Of a stretch of 25,602 nucleotides of DNA, positions 23,171 to 25,602 are shown one piece after another. Source of the DNA: a virus (taxonomy: Duplodnaviria; Caudoviricetes); the IMG/VR virus record IMGVR_UViG_3300030330_000248, positions 1 through 25,602 of that record; one strand, given 5' to 3'. Both the position numbers and the translations under genes were made by a program. The notes beneath the pieces are model-generated. The model was given only the letters and a program-made list of their open reading frames with translations. It was not told the origin of the DNA and did not search any database. How positions within the stretch are numbered: the first letter of the stretch is position 1; each line of letters starts with the position of its first letter.

Positions 23171-23222
23171 TCTATAAATTTAGTCCATTTAATTTTTATG
23201 ACACATTTATGGAGGTGTTATT

Positions 23223-24713
23223 ATGACTGCTGTAGGTCCTCTCGGCAATACCGATATGTCTTATCGTATCGACACAACTATGGGCGTTTCTGCCCAAAAC
23301 CCCACTGACGGTGCGGGTCGTTTAGTTCTGCCCATTTGGGCGGGCGAGGTCATCAATGCGTATGACCAATATAATATTTTTGAAGCTATGGTCGATTCAA
23401 AGACCATTTCTAGTGGTACTACTATGGAATTCCCTGTTACGGGTTATGTAGATCTTAAGTCTACTTGGGAAGCTGGTGAAGAACTCACTGGTGGCACCAA
23501 CAGTAAGGCTACCACTTTCCGTATTGCATTAGACAAGCGTCCAATGGCTGCTCACTTTGAGTTAGACAATGTGGACCTTATGCTGACGCAATGGGAATTC
23601 CGATCAGAGCTTGCTCGTCAAGCTGGACGGACTCTGGCTGATGCCCGTGACCGTCAAATTGCTTCCTTCTTGTGCCGTGCTGCGGCTGAGAATGGCTTAG
23701 CTCAAGACCCGCGTGCTACCGACTGGTTCGGTGGTAGTGCTGTTGGTGGTCTTGGTGGCAAGATCTTCTGCAATAACAAGTTTGATAACTTGGGACTGTC
23801 GACTGCTACCGCTGCTAACAGAACCGACGCTGCTCTGAAGCTTCTTGAGAAGATTGAAGAGTTCCAAATCCGTCTGCAAGAGGTTGATGCCCCAACTGAG
23901 GGTGTCTTCTGTGCTGTGACCCCTCGTACCTTCCAAGACATTCGTGCTCTTGGTGTGGCTCGTGACAGCTCTGATCTTGCTGGTGGTGCTGGTCGACCAT
24001 TCTTCGGCGGTGTAGCCGATGCTGGTGGTCTTGGTGCTGGTCTGCAACAAGGTATGTTCAATCTTGCTGATCGTCTTGAATATCAAGGCTGCACGATTGT
24101 CAAGACGAACCACCTTCCAACCACTAACTTGATGGCTAACAAGATTGGTGAGAAGCGATATAACAGAAGTTTCCATGTGGTGCCTACTAAGGCTATCATC
24201 TGGCAACAAGCCTGTGTTGCTTCGCTCCGATTGACTGGCTTGAAGGTTGATCAAGTGGACGATATTCGTCGTAACACCGTGTTCACGGTTGCTTCGATGA
24301 TGGGCGGTACTGGTGTGCTCAAGCCTGAGCATGCTGCTGTCTGCATTGGTTCGTTTGCTCCTACCGCTCGCGGTAATGCAAATGATGTTATGTTCTCCGG
24401 TAAGGTTGATGGTACTATTCTTGAGTTTGGTGACTTTGAATATGACGCAACCACTGGTGACTTGACTGCTTATGATACCGACCCTGATGGCGGTGGTTCG
24501 CCCTCTACTGATGTTACCGCTAACACGGATGCATTAGTTAGAGACGCTTATCAAGCAGCTTTAGGTGCTGATACCCTCGATGCTAACGGAGATGGTACTG
24601 CCACTTCTGTTAGTGGTTACAGCACTGAAGGTGACTTCGTTAAGGAATACGTTGACGCTGCTAACATTGATAACTTCGGTGTTACTGGTCAAGATGACGG
24701 CCTTGGCGGATAA
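23223..24713 (+). CDS. Major capsid protein (T7 gp10-like) with a ~120-aa acidic C-terminal extension
   Basis: LVLPIWAGEV, KTISSGTTMEFPVTG, WEFRSELARQAGRTLADARD, VKTNHLP, VASMMGGTGVLKPEHA. GGAGG RBS. Confidence 0.95.
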   Translation: MTAVGPLGNTDMSYRIDTTMGVSAQNPTDGAGRLVLPIWAGEVINAYDQYNIFEAMVDSKTISSGTTMEFPVTGYVDLKSTWEAGEELTGGTNSKATTFRIALDKRPMAAHFELDNVDLMLTQWEFRSELARQAGRTLADARDRQIASFLCRAAAENGLAQDPRATDWFGGSAVGGLGGKIFCNNKFDNLGLSTATAANRTDAALKLLEKIEEFQIRLQEVDAPTEGVFCAVTPRTFQDIRALGVARDSSDLAGGAGRPFFGGVADAGGLGAGLQQGMFNLADRLEYQGCTIVKTNHLPTTNLMANKIGEKRYNRSFHVVPTKAIIWQQACVASLRLTGLKVDQVDDIRRNTVFTVASMMGGTGVLKPEHAAVCIGSFAPTARGNANDVMFSGKVDGTILEFGDFEYDATTGDLTAYDTDPDGGGSPSTDVTANTDALVRDAYQAALGADTLDANGDGTATSVSGYSTEGDFVKEYVDAANIDNFGVTGQDDGLGG

Positions 24714-24732
24714 GACAATTAAATACACATTC

Positions 24733-24767
24733 GCCCGGAGCCCCCGAAAGGGGGCCTCGGGTCTTTT
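24733..24767 (+). terminator. Terminator after the capsid gene (T7 T-phi position)
   Basis: GCCCGGAGCCCCC-GAAA-GGGGGCCTCGGGT GC-rich stem followed by CTTTT. Confidence 0.85.
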
Positions 24768-24781
24768 AAAAGGAGGATACT

Positions 24782-25531
24782 ATGGGACTAATGAGTAAAT
24801 TAGATGCTGTTAATGAAATGCTTTTTAATTCTGGTGAACAACTTGTTACCAGCCTTACCGATGATCTAAACACAGATGTTAACTTAGCAGTTTTTATCTT
24901 AGATCAAGCTACTTTAGAAGCACAGTTGCGGGGCATGGCAGTAAATCGTAGACCTATTAAAGTATTCCCTTCTCGTACAGGTCCAACTGGTCATGCAGCT
25001 CGTCCTATTTCTGATGCTACTAAAGGTAGGGTACAGCTATCTCCGTTTACAGATAATATGATTACTGGTTCCTTAATCTCTGCTCAGTTAATTACTGAAT
25101 CTATAAGTGATGATCTTGATATTAGAATTACTACGGCTCCTAGAAGATTCGGTATTGAATCTAATGGAACAGATTACAATGTATTGTTTAATGTTACAGA
25201 TAATACAGATGAGTTTGCTACTAGCGAAGAGCTAACTATTTCTATTGTTGAATATATAGAGTTTAAAGACTTAGAAACTAGTGTACAGAAAGGTATTGCA
25301 GCATCAGCATCTAGGCAATATCAAATGTTTGTGCAAGGAGATAGAGATGTTGATCGGCTATTAGCAGAAAGAGCTGCTATGCTCACCGCTAAAGGTAGAT
25401 CTGCAGATGCTAATGATAAAGCTAGAAATATCTTTGCATCTGGCGACAGTTCTTTGCGTAGAATTGTATCCCAAAGAGGTAACGCACACAATGATCCAAG
25501 TAGATTTAGATTCTGGAGATACACGACATGA
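24782..25531 (+). CDS. Tail tubular protein A (T7 gp11-like adaptor)
   Basis: SKLDAVNEML..SGEQLVTSL N-terminus, FKDLE...I...ASRQYQ..VQGD. Follows the MCP terminator. Confidence 0.88.
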   Translation: MGLMSKLDAVNEMLFNSGEQLVTSLTDDLNTDVNLAVFILDQATLEAQLRGMAVNRRPIKVFPSRTGPTGHAARPISDATKGRVQLSPFTDNMITGSLISAQLITESISDDLDIRITTAPRRFGIESNGTDYNVLFNVTDNTDEFATSEELTISIVEYIEFKDLETSVQKGIAASASRQYQMFVQGDRDVDRLLAERAAMLTAKGRSADANDKARNIFASGDSSLRRIVSQRGNAHNDPSRFRFWRYTT

Positions 25532-25602
25532 GCGTGCATCAAAAGATTGCAATTCCTACGTTATCCGGTGGGGTTGGGCGACAGGCTAGCAATAAACGCT
25601 TG
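25528..25602 (+). CDS. Tail tubular protein B (T7 gp12-like), 5' end only
   Basis: ATGA overlap with the gp11 stop. MSVHQKIAIPTLSGGVGRQASNKRL resembles the gp12 N-terminal I..L.GG.SQQ...R motif. Confidence 0.75.
   Translation, partial: MSVHQKIAIPTLSGGVGRQASNKRL

Noticed and set aside
23105-23180. Sigma70-type promoter in the capsid leader (TTGAAA or TTGACT boxes)
   Set aside because: No good -10 hexamer at 16-18 nt spacing from either box.
24340-24781. gp10B-type programmed frameshift in the capsid gene
   Set aside because: The extension is already in frame and is followed by a stop and terminator. No convincing slippery site with a meaningful alternative frame was seen.
3362-25552. All minus-strand ORFs in the track (e.g. 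6905-7465, 9917-10342, 23697-24332)
   Set aside because: They lie antisense to well-supported + strand genes, show no recognisable motifs, and T7-like genomes are unidirectional.
353-25589. Alternative-frame + strand ORFs (353-550, 899-1114, 3402-3602, 6230-6433, 8355-8561, 13760-13951, 16538-16762, 22331-22516, 22742-22948, 24565-24798, 25407-25589)
   Set aside because: They are shadow frames nested in real genes, tRNAs or terminators. Their hydrophobic look follows from the codon bias of the real frame.
1-25602. Repeated T7-style ~23-bp phage promoters
   Set aside because: I found no recurring motif by eye in the intergenic regions (874-960, 12320-12347, 23053-23222). A MEME search would be needed; this is not proof of absence.

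Overview
This window is the central part of a T7-like (Autographiviridae-type) phage genome, with all credible genes on the + strand. The order is: a DUF932-like protein, a single-subunit RNA polymerase, and a replication module (metallophosphoesterase, SSB, RusA-like resolvase, two tRNAs, primase-helicase, family A DNA polymerase, dNMP kinase, 5'-3' exonuclease). The late region follows, with portal, a ~6.6 kb accessory insert, scaffold, major capsid, terminator and tail tubular proteins A and B (B truncated). Five observations stand out. (1) A set of host-style cell-surface proteins carries sorting or anchoring modules typical of Planctomycetota/Phycisphaerae: a PAPG-type PEP-CTERM protein, a second degenerate PEP-CTERM-like protein, and a Cys-rich protein ending in a 'WG-x-C' dockerin-like domain. 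(2) A cluster of about eight tiny Lys/Arg-rich genes lies between portal and scaffold. (3) An unannotated 32-aa ORF looks like a free-standing C-terminal Cys tail of class II ribonucleotide reductase. (4) The tRNA-Leu(UAA) has a short variable loop. (5) The capsid protein has an in-frame acidic C-terminal extension. All family assignments come from motif recognition by eye; no database searches were run.
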